Origin: the human T2T-CHM13v2.0 reference genome, Homo sapiens
NCBI RefSeq assembly: GCF_009914755.1
Contig: NC_060929.1
DNA length: 64,000 bases
Direction: 5' to 3' (one strand)
The translations under genes and the position numbers were made by a program. A model generated the notes under the pieces. The model was given only the letters and a program-made list of their open reading frames with translations, did no database searches and had not been told where the DNA came from. Positions 11,360 to 27,860 of the stretch are shown here, one piece after another. Numbering within the stretch: the stretch's first letter is position 1; every line of letters starts with the position of its first letter.

Positions 11360-14038
11360 AATTTTAGTTTTATGTTAGTGTTGTACAGATGAAGAATATT
11401 TACCTCTGTGCGTTTTGTGGTTTGGGGTGGTTTCCAAGATTCTTAGTTCAAAATTGCCCTTTCTCTCTGTGTAGCAACATGCAATTTCTTTAGTGGGTGG
11501 CTTTAAAGAAGGGGCACTGTGGGGAGGTGTTTTATTTTTAAAAATAAAATAAATTATCTTTCAGGATCATTAATTTCCTCTCTTGCTTCTTTTTTTCTTC
11601 ATCCAGTCTCCAAAGGTGATATCTTTGTTTTATTCTCTTCTCCCCGAAAGTGATACCTTTCTGGAATTGCCACTGGAAGACTAGTGTACTATTAATTATT
11701 TTCATTGTAGTCAGTGCTGTAATCTTCCAGGATTCATTTCAGTATTTTTGCCCTTAAGATGGATTTATCTGGGAGTGATTTTCCTTTTCCCTCTTCCATG
11801 CACTGCTTTTGCACCCCCCAAGCCCTGCCACTCTGCAGTAGCTTTCAGAGGGTGCTCAAAAGTTAGCACTGATAGAAAAGTGGTGTTTATTTTGAGACTT
11901 ACTGGAATTTGAACTCTGCAGTGTTCTCTGTCTTCTAGTTACACTGTAGGCTTGAGATTTGTGTAGTTTTATTTGTTCTCATTATTTGTATTTTTTTTTT
12001 CGAGGATATGAGGACTTAAAAAGCACTAGTTTCCTGAGCCTATTTATTTAGCATTTAGTTTAACTTAATGGTACAATTTTAAAAAATCAAATTAAGGAAT
12101 AGTTTACCTGTGTGCAGATTATCCTCCCACCTACTTTTAATATGCAAAATAATATATAGCTATTTTTCTTTTTCTTATTTTTTTGGTGGTTGTTATTTAT
12201 AATGACTTATTTCCAGGCAGAAATGAAACGAAACAAGAAACTTTTAGCTTTCCTTCTGAAATATGCCATTTCTTCAAAATACGTAGAAGATAAGCTTTGG
12301 CAGTGGTCATTATTAATTGAACAATGCTTATTTTGTGTTATGATTGAATGGGTCAAACATCTAGTCAGTTGGCTTTTGTCATTTCTCATAATGAACCTTT
12401 TTTGTCTTCGTTTAACTCTGTTATCTATAGAAAGCAATGCTATCATTGAAATAATGTGAGATATTTCATATTAATACGATTTCTTCAGAACACTGTATTC
12501 ATTTATAGGAATGATATATGTGGGATAAGAATACTAGTACTAATCTTAGAAACTTGGTTGTTTGTATTGTTGCTATAATCTTTAAAAAATAACTAACATT
12601 TATTGAGGTATTATTTATCAAAGATAATACCTTGTAAGCTTTATCCCACCTTTTTCCAACTACTCTGTGAGAGTAAGTTCTGTTAGCCTCTAAATGTTTC
12701 TAAATGAGCAATTGAGGCTTCGAATGGTGAAGAAACTTGCCCATTAATGGTAGAGCTGGCTTTGAATCTAGATCTGACTAGTACCAAATCCCATGATCTA
12801 GCATGTGTTTGATAATTTCCTGTCACAATTTCAGGCCCTGAAATGTGTTTTTCTTTCATTTGTATACATCATGATATATATTTGCTAACATTTTATTATA
12901 TAAAGTGCTTTTAAAAAATTATCATTTACTTCTCTTAGCATCTCATATGGGACCTTGCAAGTCACCAGTATTCAATAATTGTTTATTTGATTTCATTATA
13001 TTAAGAAGACATGTAAAGGAAAGAATATTGAGTCATTGGGAAAGTAAATAATCTATAGAACCATTATATGGAGTCATGGGGAAGGAAAAGAGCTTATTGG
13101 AATTATACAAAGCATGTTAAAAAGAATGATGCTTTCTTATGAATTATAGAATATTTTCTATAAATAAAACTTGTTAAAAATAATCAGTAGTTTAAAAGTA
13201 ATAAAAGATCAGTAATTTTAAAAAGATATGGCTAGTCTTTACACAGCATTTCAGTAGTCTTTGGAAAACAGCACAGCAATTAATGAGAAAGGGAAGAAGT
13301 CTTGAGGCTGACCTAAAAGGGTCGGTCAAGTTTACAGATACATTAAATACACTTACTATTAGCTGTTTGGTGAATTTCTTCCTTTCAGTGCTGGTAAGTG
13401 CTTTCTAACTTGGAAGAATGTACCATTTAAACGCCAGAAAGTATGGTGACTTTTTCCCTATTGTTATCCAGGCCACGCTGTTAATCCTACTTTATCTAAG
13501 TAAACTAGTGATGTGGAAATCTGGACTCAGCAGAACTTTTATCATAATAGCAAGCTATCAGTTCAGTCAGTTTTCTTGCAGGGTGAGCTAATGTTCAGGA
13601 TTTAGTGTACCAGCAGAATGAAAGTTAGTGAGAAGTCTTTGATGTTTCTATGTCCGATATTGTCTTAGAAGCTTCAATTTAAAACACCCCAGTAAGAAAG
13701 TTGGCATAAATTTTGCTTGCTTAGAGCAGACTATAAACATTTACCTTATCTGTGTATAAATGGGAGTAGATTGACTGACTTCTTTTTGTGAATTTCTCCT
13801 TAGGTAGTAGTAACAGTGTTTTACCTAAATATAATTCTTGGCTTCCCTTTCTACATTTTTTTCCCTCCCACTGATTTTAGTGGCAAGTGTTAAAAAAACA
13901 TTTCATTATAGGTAATCTTTATTGTTAAAAATAATTATTTTTAAAATCAGAGCCTCAGGTACATTATGATACAATGCTTATACCAATAACCAGCCATGTT
14001 TCCTATTTTTCATTTAATGTATTCTAACAAAACACTGA

Positions 14039-14173
<135 letters not shown>

Positions 14174-14769
14174 TAGCTATTCGATATTTAATTAAATAAT
14201 GTAAAGACACTACTACTTATGACTGGTAGTTTGAGTAGCATTTAAAAAAATGTTATTTTATTTATTACATTTATGCAAAGGATATGGAAAGGTAGGAAAT
14301 GTGTTCAGAAAATAGTGCACTTGAAATTCAGATTATGGTGGAGGGAAGTTCCCGCTAGTGCGAGGTCTAGGATAGGACCACGAGAGTGGGTGTGTGAGTT
14401 ATCACAAAGGACAAGGTCATTGGAGAGAGAGCAAGGAACTGAAAGGTTAGGGAAGGATCATGTACCTGTGTGGATGTTGAGAGTACCCTGGATGATTTCA
14501 TGGTTACAACCAAAACTAAACAAAACAATTGTGTTTCCAGATCTCTCACATTCTTTTCCTGTTTTGTTTTTTTTTTTTCTTTCTTTCTTTATTTCATAAT
14601 TTCCTCCCAGGAAATACTCTTTAAAAAATATCTACTGTGTTTCTTAAAATAGATGGTATAATTCCTGCTAATGCAGTCTAAGGACATTTTTAAAGTCCTG
14701 AATTAACTACACTTGATTTTTAAACTTTAAAGGTACCTGTATCTAACTCAGTGTTCTCTCTTTTCCTAG

Positions 14770-14876
14770 GTTTTGACAAGCCCATATTACATGGATTATG
14801 TACATTTGGATTTTCTGCCAGGCGTGTGTTACAGCAGTTTGCAGATAATGATGTGTCAAGATTCAAGGCAGTTAAG
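14770..14876 (+). CDS. HSD17B4: HSD17B4 exon 19 ([35 protein letters not shown])
   Basis: tcctag|GT ... AAG|gtaaat; 107 nt; frame continues from exon 18. Confidence 0.98.
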
Positions 14877-15129
14877 GTAAATGTGTATTACTACGTAATT
14901 TGAATATTACTTCCTTTTTCTATCTTTAGAGAAGAAAAGGGGTTTTAGTGATTTAATTGAAAATAGATATTGTACTACAGCAATGTACATTTTTATTATT
15001 TCATTGACCTGGCAATCAGCACACTTTCTTTTTGTAGCTATAAATAGCTCTGTTGCACATGCACCAGGAAGGATGCACAGTTGCAATTTTGACAGATTAA
15101 CTGGGTTGCTTTATAAATTAATTAGGTGC

Positions 15130-15162
15130 ATATATTATATATATATATGTATATATATATAT
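15130..15162. repeat. (TA)n microsatellite
   Basis: Direct reading. Confidence 0.85.
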
Positions 15163-15976
15163 CAGTACGTATGCCTTGAAAACTCAAGATTTGCTTTTTT
15201 TAACTGTTTTATCATTTTCATTAATTTAATTAAAAATGTTAAGTGGCTGATTAAGTCCAATAAACATACATCTACAGCAATATAATGACTGCATATTGTT
15301 TTAACTCTGTACTTTTTAGTTGATTTCAAATTTTTATCCATTATAAATAACAAGGAAAAATATCCATGCCCATATTATTTTTGTGTATGTTTAAGCCAAA
15401 AGATGTACACTTAAAAAAGTTTAAGGGGTTGTCAAATAGCTCCAAAAGCTTTTAATTTATCCTCCATGCAGTAGTGAAAATATATTTTCTGATGCATTGC
15501 CTTTGATAACACTAATTACTCTCATGCTTTTCATTTTGTTACAACTATTTTTTATTATCCAGTAATATATACACAGAGAAAATAATATAAAAAATTATGA
15601 AATAAAAAGTGGAATTATTTTGCCCTGCATACTCACCCCAGGCCTCATTCCTTAGACTTAATTTGTACCACTTTTAACTGTTTCTTTAAGTTGTTCTGAT
15701 GTACCTATATAACTCACCTAATATGATTATGGTTTTATTTCTTGATTTGTCAAGATAAAAAACACTATTTTTTGATTCCATACTTTGAAAGACAAAGAAT
15801 TGGCTTACTTATATTAGTTACATCTTTATTTTACTAATTTTATCATATTATACTTAGGTCTTTTATGAATTTAAATATCTTTAAACCTTGATTTTTTTTT
15901 TCTTTTGTGCTCTCTAGTTTCCTTTCCAATTTTTTCCTCCTACAAGTAAAAGAGTTTCCTTTTAAAACATTTTTAA

Positions 15977-16087
<111 letters not shown>

Positions 16088-18716
16088 TGAATTTTGCTTT
16101 TTCACCCTTCTCACATGCTTTATCATTGTGTTCCATCTTATCATTTTTTTTTGGTTAGTACTATGGATAGAAAGTTCTTTTTAAGTAATGGTAAATTTTA
16201 ATTAAAAATAAGATACAGCTTGTCTGGTGTTTTCAAAATTTTTATTTATCAGGCAACACTTAATAAAATAGAAGTGTTTTGCACCCTGTGTTTTATTTTC
16301 TCTTTTATTTTCAACTAAATTGGTAGCTATCTATGTAGCAGTGGCCCAGCTATTCTGAAAACCCAGCCAACCATGTCTTTTTGGCTCAACTAGTCAATCA
16401 AGTCATTGTCAAAATATCATCTTAAAAAATTTAAAGGCATGACTCAGACAGATATACAGTGAAAACATGACAGAAATCTATCTGACTCATTAATGAAGGA
16501 TCTTGCAATATGATAAAACATGTTCGAAAAAAAATTAGAACAACAGTTTATATGGTCCAATAGGAAAGTTATTCTAAAATAATTTTGCAGAGTTAGAGAC
16601 AAAATTAGTTAATATCCTATAGAACAATAAAATCTTATCCTTTATGAGTTTTCTCTGGACAGAAATCATATGCATCTTGATTACACAAAAAATCCACAAA
16701 TTAACAAGTTACATCACAGAGTCTGGGCCTAACAAATAGTAAATGAGGTTATTTTGGGGTGAGGCTGTTAGCAATGCTCCAGTAAAATACTAAAAGGACA
16801 TGCAATCATTGTTTTATTTGCAAGTTATTAAAAGACAGTTTTTGTTAACACAGTTGACCAGGCTAATACTTTTTGGCTTGATCATTTCATGCTATATAGA
16901 GCATATTAAACAACTCCAATGATAATAGTAACAGCTTTCATTTATTGAGAACCTATAAACTGGCAATAGTATTTTCTTTAATATGCATAATAAATCTGTA
17001 TGTAAATATAAGAAAATCTAGGTTCCTAAGAAAATCTAATCTAGGTGTCCTAAATAACTTGCTCATGGTCACACAGCAAGTGGTTGAGCTGGGATAGAAA
17101 CCCGATCAGCATGGCTTCAAAGCTTTGATTACAGGCCCCAAATGTCTTTTCTGTATCATGTTTTCTTTCACAAATAGATAACTGCAAAATTCTTCTTACA
17201 TGGTTGCTTTACTCCTAATTCCTTTCTGCTGGTTGCAATATCATTTTCCTGCTTAATTTGTACATATTGTTTATTTTACTTTTCAAATTCCTCCTGTCCT
17301 TCAGGCTTAAGTTCAAGCTCCACTTTGCTCTTAGAGACAGTCTCTTACTATTCCCCACTTTCCTACCCATAGATACACTCAAATTGGTGTTCTCTGAAAG
17401 CCTTTGCAGCTAATATCTGTGCCACATATTTTGGAGCCCTCACATTTTCTAATTTGTTTTGTATGAGTAAGTTTTGCTTTTTGATTAAGATTATGAACTC
17501 TAAAAGTGTTAAGGACCATGACTATATTACAGGTTTTTATTTTCCTGCAATTCTGGTGATGAATAGTATGTAAATAATTTCTATGGATACAAACTTGAAG
17601 GGCTGAGAAATGATTAAATGTCTAAATATAATGTATTCTTGCCATTTTGTTAAATTCTAAGCATGCTGTCTTATCTTTTCAGCATATTTGCTATATTTTT
17701 CTTCAGTGATTATAGATATTCTTTTTCTATTAGTTTTAGGACTCCTTCTCTCCCTGCCTCCTTTTCTCACTTTCTCCCTCCCTTCCTCCTTTCCTTTCTA
17801 TTCTTAAGATATAAGAAACATTTTAAACCAGTGTTTTAAAATGATTTGCTTGATTTGGTAACAATAAAGTAATTTACTGAAGTGCATTTTGTTCATTAAT
17901 TATCTCTTTCCATGCTTTTCAATGTATGTAATTTGAAGTAAAGTGAACAAATTACTTGAAAGATCTTTTTTCCTCCAAAATATGATGAGATGTAGTCAAG
18001 AGAATGATCTTCTTGATTGTTAAAAATCAAAGTTTTAATAAACGCTATGTTAAACTTTAGAAACTTATCCTATACATTTGTAGCAATAACAATTTTTATG
18101 AAAGAATAGCCATTGGAATAATTTGAAATGAAGGACTGGGAATTAGAATTTGAATTCCTTTAATGACTATTTTGATAAAAGCCTATTTAGACATTTAGTT
18201 CATGCTGTGTACACTTCCTCTTGAAATAAGACCTGGAATTACTACTTAAAAAACACTATTATGATTTGTTCCTAGCCAATTTTATTCTATATTAGCAGAA
18301 CAAATGTACTTTGAGTACCATTACCTCATGTGGCTATTGTGCTATGCCTTTTACTATTTATAAGGATTCAGCATGGACTGAATTCTGTTTATAAGAGTGC
18401 ATCCCCTGATCCCCACTTCCCCCCCAAAAAATGCCCAGTCTCTATCAGTGTATTTACATTAGAATTTTGGGGGATGGGACCTCATAGGGTTTCTTTGTTT
18501 GTTTGTTTTAAAGGGCTCCAGCTGATTATAAAGCCAGGTTTAGTAACAGTTGTATTAAATCAGAAAGCCTTTATGTTTGTTCATCTTGACATTTACTTTA
18601 GCAGCCTTTTATTTTATCTGGATTATTATATTCTTTTTCATATGAGGCAAAAATAATAAATTTTAAACTTTGTACTGTTTCACAGTGAAATTACACTTCC
18701 ATTGTAATCAGAATAA

Positions 18717-18845
<129 letters not shown>

Positions 18846-19421
18846 TAGTATCCAAGCCACTTCCTCATTTAGGAATTTCAGTTAAGGTGACTTTAAGAGT
18901 GGTTAGGCTACGTTAGAAAATTAACAACCATGAAACTATTCTTAATTCTTGAAGTGAAAAACATTAATTCAAAACAGCTTGGAATAGAAGGAATACTCTG
19001 GCAATTTATGAACTTTAAAAAACTCGTTTTGCAGGATACTAGGATATCTTTCAAGAGAACATAATTTTCTAGTTTTAGAATAAATAAATCAGTTGTTTAA
19101 TCAGAATCTTAAGCAAACAGCGTTTTGGAGAAAAATAGATTAAAAAGTTGAATATCCTGTACCTTTTTCTTGATTTAAAGGTTTATATAAAGTTTTGTAT
19201 GCGAATATATAAACCAGCAGCGTGTATAATTTATTAAAACATTGTATTCTTTATTAGCATGCTGAGACTTTTGATAAAAATGTTTATATTCTATCTCTGA
19301 AATATTAACTTTGTAATGTTGAGGTTTCGATACCCATGATCTTTAATTGTCTGTCATAAACCATATAACTGACTGAAAATTAAAATCCCTTAAGAATAGT
19401 CTAAGAAAAAAAAAAAACTTA

Positions 19422-19771
<350 letters not shown>

Positions 19772-20117
19772 TCATGTAATTTAGTATTATTTTATAAATA
19801 AAAAAAATGAGACCATAGAAGTTGATTAATTTGATCAGGATCTTTCTAAAGTTAGCTAAAACATAGGTTGTCCAGTTCCTATTTTTCTTTTAAAATATTA
19901 TTTCTGAATTCTAATAAAAGTAAAATCCTGTTATTAAGAGGACTGAGGTTCTGAGTGATGTATACAAATAAGAAAGTATGAAAGACACATTGTATGAAGA
20001 AAACTGACTTATGTACAGAGTTTTAAAAAATCTTTTTTTTGCACATGTTTTATAATCACTTTTCTCCATGAGTTATTTTTACAGAACTTTTAAAGTTTAT
20101 TTTGTTGTCGTTGTTAG

Positions 20118-20264
<147 letters not shown>

Positions 20265-20418
20265 TAGCCCTGATTTTATAATATTCTAAGGTAATTCTTA
20301 GTAAATAAAGTATCTTTTTAACAATTAAACACCTTTGAAGGTAGGTAAATCTTACCTTTTTAGGTAAGTTTTTTTTCTTTTCCCGTGGGAATGAATAGGT
20401 TTGGGAATGTCCAAAGGG

Positions 20419-20449
<31 letters not shown>

Positions 20450-20460
20450 TGTGTGTGTGT
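20419..20460. repeat. (GT)n microsatellite in intron 22
   Basis: ~20 GT units with one interruption. Confidence 0.95.
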
Positions 20461-23400
20461 AAGAGATGTAGGGAATCAATTGAAATGAAAATAACCTGTT
20501 TTAAGATTTCATTGTAATCCTTGAAAGTAGTTTAAACAGTCATCTTGGCTATATGCATCTTTATCTAATCTTCAGCTTCTTAAACATAAGGCAAATTCAT
20601 CAAGTCAAAATGAAGTATTTTTAAGTCATGATATTTGACAGTTACAAAATTATTTTATTCATACCAAAACAATAATTTGGATTATCTTAATTATCAATAT
20701 AAAATCACTATTTTCTAGATATATACAGATTATGGTCAAAGGTGTTTGTTTATCTAATCTAGGGAAATTATCTATTAGAGTGCCATGCACCCAATATAAA
20801 ACATCTTGCCGCAGAAAGAAAGCAGTCATATTTCTTTTCACTGATGTGGAGGTCCAAAGAGACCCTGGTACCATTTTGTGAAGAAAGAGAAATTAGAGGA
20901 TAAAAAGAATAAAGAAAAAATATTCTGTCAGATCTTTTGCATCTGCTGTGTAACTCACATCCTTAATCATGGCACACACTTTAATTATGGAATATTCTAA
21001 CCTCACCTTTATTTTCCTAGAGATTCTTCAATTAGGTTGAAAAGATGAAAATGGATAGGAGGTAGAGCAGTAAGTCCCTGAATTCCCTTTCAACAGAGTC
21101 TGTTGCTTGTCACAGTTATCTTACTGTATTATGGTCATTTATAATTGTATGTTTTCTCTCATTTGACTTTGGGCTTAATCCTGAGAAATGGCTGCAGTTT
21201 GTCTATTTCTAGCTTCTAGTATAGTCAATAACACATAATAACTAGCCTGATTCTGTATATGTTGGAATGAGTGCTAAAAGCCATGTAGAAAGCATAGTTT
21301 TAGAAAATAGTATGGCTGCCTTTTAAAAAAAAGGTTCTGAAATTGATGCTTTACCTTCTATTAAAATAATGTTTATTGTATGGATAGTGATGTTTATTTT
21401 TTGTTTAGTATGAGTGAAATATGTAAGTATAATATGATACTGAGATATTTCATAAATAACTAACATATTTTATAGTATTTATTACTATTAATTTCTAAAC
21501 CCAGCCAGAAGTTGTTGTAGTAAACCCTTTGAATCCTATTTTATTGTTCTAAGCAACGGTAAAAAATCGGAGGAAATGAAAGATGACATAAAGGCATAAG
21601 GGAGATAAAGAATCAGAGGATTTATGTGGCCTACAGAATAGTCTGCTCTTGAAAATTAAAACATAGGTACTCTTATCTGAAACTCCAGAAACCAAAAAGC
21701 TCTAAAAATAAACAGTTTTTTTTCTCATGATTCACTGGTGGTGAAGTCTGACTTGAACTTATATGATGCTGTTGATTGTCTTTAACTCAGCTAGTGTGAG
21801 TTAGACAAGTATAGAAGTAATATGCACGTTTATAGATTGTTGCACCATTGGGGGCCTTTTGTAATATGGAATACATGTTTTATGTATTATATTTCCTTTC
21901 TAAAATCTGATTCCAAATTCCAAAACACATCAGCCTGAAGCAGTTCATTCAGATAAGGACTTGTGGACCTGTACATGTATATAAATAATTCTTGTAGAAC
22001 ACAAGTGATAAGAGACATGGAAAAAAGTGCTCTCTGCTTTCAGAGAATGGGAGGATTGGTTCATTCAATGAACATTTGAGTATTTATATGCCAAGTTCTC
22101 TGCTAGGTGGAGACTACAAATATGCATTGACAGGATGCCCTTTTTTTTTTTTTTAAATCCATAGGGATAATTATTTACAGGCTGTGTGTCAGGAAAGGTG
22201 AAATACTGGGGTTGAGGAAACAAAGGTTGTTGCATTGCAGAGTGAAAGGAAGACCTCAATTAAGGAAATAGTAATAATGGAGAGGAGAGGGCCTATGTGG
22301 AACTATTGCTAAGATTGAATTGGCTAACTTAGCTACTGATTATGTCTAAAAATCAAGAGGAATGAGAAAGAGTCAAAACTAATACTGTGGTTTTGAGCTT
22401 GTGTGCTTGAGGATGTTGACTGCATTACTAGAAGTATGAAACAGGTAGAGGAGGGAGGTTTGGGAGAGAAGAAGGTAAGTTGTGGTACCAACACTGTAGC
22501 CAACCAAGATCTGGACTAGATTGTGGGGACTGTGGGCCTGGAATTTAAGAGTAACTTCATAGCTAGAGGCAGAGAGTTGGAAAGCATATTTGAGGAATTA
22601 GTAGTTGGAACCAAGAACGTTGGCTTCATTCACCACCTTGCTTCATGACATGCAGGAAGAAAATGGAAGGAAAATCTTTGTTGGTCCTGCTGTTCCTGTT
22701 CACTTTATGGAATAATGGTTCTAAAATTTCCATTTGTCTGTAAACAAAATGAATATCATAGAATTTGGCCCACAGGTTTTAAATATGCAATTTATCAGTA
22801 TTTTAGGCAAAGACAATCCTATACTTTCAAATAGAAATATATTGTTTGTATGTATCCAATACCTGTAAAATAATATTACTGAAACTTTTTATAAAGATTT
22901 ATTTCCATGTGTTGAATACAATGTTGCTGAGCAAAATCTGTTTTGTTTTCTTTAGGATGATAGGTTTAAGCTGGTTAGCATTGAGCAGTTTGGTTGTTTT
23001 CCTCCTGAATTTAAATTTGGTTTCCTTTCACATGTTTGTAATCATTTCCATTATAGGAACATAAGTGGAATTTACATTTAGTTGGCAAGATACTATGGAT
23101 TTTTGTTTGAATATTGTTTTTGTTTGAATAAATAATAAAATGAGCCGAGTTTTAAAAGGCACGTACTATAATTAGTTGTGTAGAGTTAACTCTGCATATC
23201 TGGACTAAATCCAAGCCTCCATTATGTACTATATATGTACTGTATGATGATGTGACTGGATGAGGATGTTCTTTGACTGTTAGAGGTTATCTATTTTGAA
23301 TCTTAGACATTTGCCACAGTATGTAAGAATGTACAGAGGTTTGGGAACTGGCATTCTTTTGATACCAGAATAATTAATTCTTGAGGATACCATGTGATCA

Positions 23401-23809
23401 TTAAAACCTCTGAGCTCCTGGGTTGGTGCTCATCTTCTAGCAGTCAAACCAGATTGCCGCTTAGGATTCTCAACTTGGATATAAACTAAATCTCAAGGGT
23501 GTTGGTTCCAAACATTGGATTTGGATTGAAATGAGTGTCTCATGCATTTATAGAAAAGTCTTGAAAGATTTTCCTTGAAAAGGAATATGCTCTCCAGTTA
23601 GGAATGGGAGCCTGTTTGTTGGAGGTGTATCTGCCTCAGGGTTACTCTCTATTCCCAAAGCAACAGTGACTGTTTCTTCTCTTACTAACAGCAGCTCCTG
23701 ACTGCGTGCTCATGTACATTTATCTTCAAAAGTACACGCAAGTGCACAAAATCATTTAAAACAATTTCTGACTTTCCATCTTCTCTGTGTTATTCATCTT
23801 AATAACATC

Positions 23810-24460
23810 ATTTTGTACTTTTTTTGTTTGAAACAATTTGAGAATTATAGAAAAGTTGCAAAAATACTAGAGAACTTTTGTCTTTCATCCAGTTTCCTCA
23901 AATTGTTAAAATTTGTATCTCATCTTCTTTACTATTTTTTTCCATCATATGTGTTTTTTTCTTCTGAGGCATTTAAGAGTAACTTGCAGACATGATGTCC
24001 CTTTATGCCTAAGAGACTATGCTACTAGCATTTTCTAAGAACAAAGACATTCTCTTATCTATTCACACAACAAAGATCAATATCAGGAGATTAACATTGA
24101 TGCAGTATGTTAGCTAATCTGCAGATCTTGTTAATATTTCAATTGTCCCAATAATGTCCTTTATAGCAAAACAATAATAATTATTATTCATTACTAAAAT
24201 GAAGAAAGAAAAAGAATTGATCAGGGTCCCATCTGGGATTATACATTACATTTGGTTCTTAGGTCTCTAGTCTGCTTTAATCTGGATGAGTTCCTCAGTC
24301 TTTGCTTTTCCCAATTTTGAGATATTTGAAGGCTGGAGACCAATTATTTTATAGCTTGTTTCTTGGTTTGTTTTTAGTTGATGCTTTTTTCATGTTTAGT
24401 TTTAGTTTATGAACTTTTGGCAGGAATAACACAAAAGTAATATGCTCTTGGTGTGATTTT
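23810..24460 (-). mobile_element. Old L1M 3'-region remnant
   Basis: tatagaaaagttgcaaaaata...ttgcagacatgatg...attgtcccaataatgtcctttatagc motifs. Confidence 0.6.
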
Positions 24461-25175
24461 TAAAAACTTAATTTTTAACCTGGGTTTTTTTCTTTGTGTT
24501 TGTTATTACTAATATATATTTTATATATATATATATATATTTTTGGGGGTAGACATCCTTCTTTCATGTGCTTTTCCATTTATCAAATAATTCCTAAGTA
24601 TTTTCTCTTCAAGGAAGTATAGGGGATACAAAGACAAAACATGTTTGTGCCAGCAAAGACCTAATATTAAGGGAAGGTAGCATAAACAAAAACAGTTCCT
24701 TCTTTCTCCTGTAGTGACCCTTTGTGATTTGTAAAGTATATATCTTAATAAGATCCTCAGGGGTCTCCAAGTTTTCAAATGCCATATTCTCATCTGTTAC
24801 CTCACCCCTCCCTCATTAAATGCTGTGAAGTATGACTGAAATTGTTATGGACTCTTTCAGAAGCTTAGTTATTAATAAATACAGAGCTAAAAATCAACAG
24901 TAAGATGCCTGTAATGAATTCTGCCACTAAGAGAAAATGAATACAATCTCTTTCTTCACTTCTGAAATAAGATTAGCTGTGATCTTATAGGTGTCTATAA
25001 ACTCAAGGTGATGGTGGTGGTTGCAGACCATGACCTGAGCCACTACAGAACTGGAAGTTCCACTTCTTTACCTCAAATTTCTGTATTCTTGTATTTCTAT
25101 ATTTTGCTTTTTTTCTAAATGACAGATAATGTATAATTGATAGATAGAATATGTGTAGAATAAGTGCCACATTAA

Positions 25176-25487
<312 letters not shown>

Positions 25488-26488
25488 TGATTTATAAGCC
25501 AGGTTTCTTACAACTCTGAAGATGACACAGTTGCTACTGATACTCTGGTTGACAGGTCATATATTTCTTTTTTAATGGAGTTTCACCTGACACTTTTTAA
25601 GACTGAACCCACATCTAGATTTTTTAATATATTCTGTTATGTGTTCAAAGGTGAAAAACCATATGACATTAGTAGGTACTACATAAAATTAGACATTCCC
25701 AATAAATAAGATTAAGAAATCATTGAATATTGGAACTAGAAGGATATTTTAACCTAATAGCCCATGTCTTACTTAGGGTGAATCTTAGAGGCATTTCAGT
25801 GGAAAATCATGATTAACAGAAGAGTGCCTTCTGTGACGATTATTTAGTTAATATTATTATGAAACTTTTGACCAATCCACAAATATACAAAATTAAAGTA
25901 ATTGATGTGGCAATTAGAATGGAGGAGAAAAATTTGTTATTTTCAATTTGTGATTATGTAGCTAGAAATTCCAAGGGAACTAACTTATTGATTCTTAGAA
26001 TGAAGGAGTTCAAACAAATGGCTGAGTGCAGTTATTTAAAAATAGCTTTCACATAGGAGTAATTTGAATAAATGAGGAAATATATGATTTTCCTGTATAG
26101 AAAGACTAAAAGGAATTGTAAAGTAGTATAGTAGGTAAAAAGTAGTCTTTGGCATCAGATAAAATCTAAATTTGAATCTTGCCCCTGTCACTTCATCCAA
26201 AAACCTTAATTTTCTCATTTGTAAAATGAGTTTAATAATTTTAATGTTTACAAGGCTTATTATAAGAACTAAACCCAATAATATGTATGAAGAGCTTAGT
26301 ACAGTGCTTGGCAATGCAGTGAACCCTCTGTTAATTTCTTTCCAGGAATTTATTTAGTACCTATTCAGGTTGTAGGTATTGGCTGAATTAAGACAAAACC
26401 CTACTGTATGGAGCTTCTTTTAGTGTACTAATGCAAAAGAAATAAAATCTCAAGTTAGAGAAGAGTAAGCTTGAGTATAGTGTTAGAG

Positions 26489-26711
26489 CAATGACTGGCA
26501 AACTTTTTCTGTAAAGGGTTACACAGTAAATATTTTAGGCTTTGTGGGCAAGATGGTCTCTGTTGCAGCTCTTCAGCTTTGCCATTGTAGCCTTAAAGTA
26601 GCCATAGAGAATATGTAAACAATGGAGTGTGACTGTGTTCCAATAAAACTTTATTTACAGAAACACACAGCCACTAGATCTGGTTCTCCAGCTGTTGTTT
26701 GCCAACCCTTG
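26489..26711 (+). mobile_element. MER58A (hAT-Charlie) DNA transposon
   Basis: ggcaaactttttctgtaaaggg...tttgccaacccttg terminal inverted repeats; 8-bp TSD-like tgttagag/agttagaa. Confidence 0.85.
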
Positions 26712-26949
26712 AGTTAGAATGTGACAGGACAGGGGAACTATTTTAAATAGGTTGTTTAAAATACCTTCTGGGGTTTTCTAAGGTACCTGAAATGCCTGAC
26801 AGAGATTTGAACAGAGTATCAGAATGAGTCATCAGACTAAGGAAACAACTAATACAAAGGCCTGCCGTGCGAGGAACTTGGCTCCACTTAGTCTTCTCTG
26901 AGCTCCACAGTGAGAGAACCATCCCTCTACTTGACCACTCTGATGGGAA

Positions 26950-27860
26950 ACTTTCTGGCATGTCAAACTTACTGTGACCAAAATAGAACTTGTGATTTAT
27001 TTTTCTCCCCCAGTCTCTTCCTTCTTAATTAGTGGCACCATCATCTATTTACCCAAATTAATAAGCCCAGAAATGTAAAAATTATCTTAGATTCCTTCTG
27101 CCCTTCTGTATCCTTTCCTTCCTTACTTCTGTCTGATCTTTCTCCAAAATATATCTTGAATTCATCTTCTCTTCCTCTCTAGGGATATCACTGTGATCCT
27201 AGCCTCTGTCATCTCTCACCTGTCTTACTTCTTCCAGTCTTGTCTCTCCCATTCAGTCTGTTGTTCTCCACCCAGGAGCCAGAGTAATCCTTTAAAAATG
27301 TAAATCAGATTAGATTATTTATGTATGTTAGTCATTTCTACTACTTTCATTAATTACTGGTTCATATTTATCATCCCATTTGATAAAAAATCTCCAGCAT
27401 TTCCTTTTGCACGTGTATAAAATCCAAGTTAGCTGTTACCATGTTGTGTATGATGTTTCTTTCCCTTGCTCCTTTTTCAGGCTTCATCCCATGCCACTTG
27501 CCCCATCACCTGTAATGCTAATTCTAGTTATTTTGTTGTTATTTTGTCCTTCCTTTCAGTTCCTTCCCATCAGCTTTTACTCCTTCAATGTCTATGCATT
27601 TGCCTTTTCTGGAATTTCTCCTCCTAGCTGTTTGCATGGCTGGCTTCATTTCATCCAAAGTAGTTTCTTCCTGTTATATTCTGATAACATCCTGTTTTCT
27701 CCTTCATTGTATTTATAACAGGCTTTAATTATTTGTTTACATTTTACTTTTTGACTCCCCTAGTTTAATGTTAGCTCTGTGAGAACAGGGACAGATATTC
27801 AGCCTAGCCTAGAATATTGCCTAGTATACTGTAGACATTCATACTCAGGTAGATTAAAGC
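26950..27860. mobile_element. L2 remnant
   Basis: Pyrimidine-rich L2 motifs (agccagagtaatcctttaaaaatgtaaatcagat). Confidence 0.55.
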
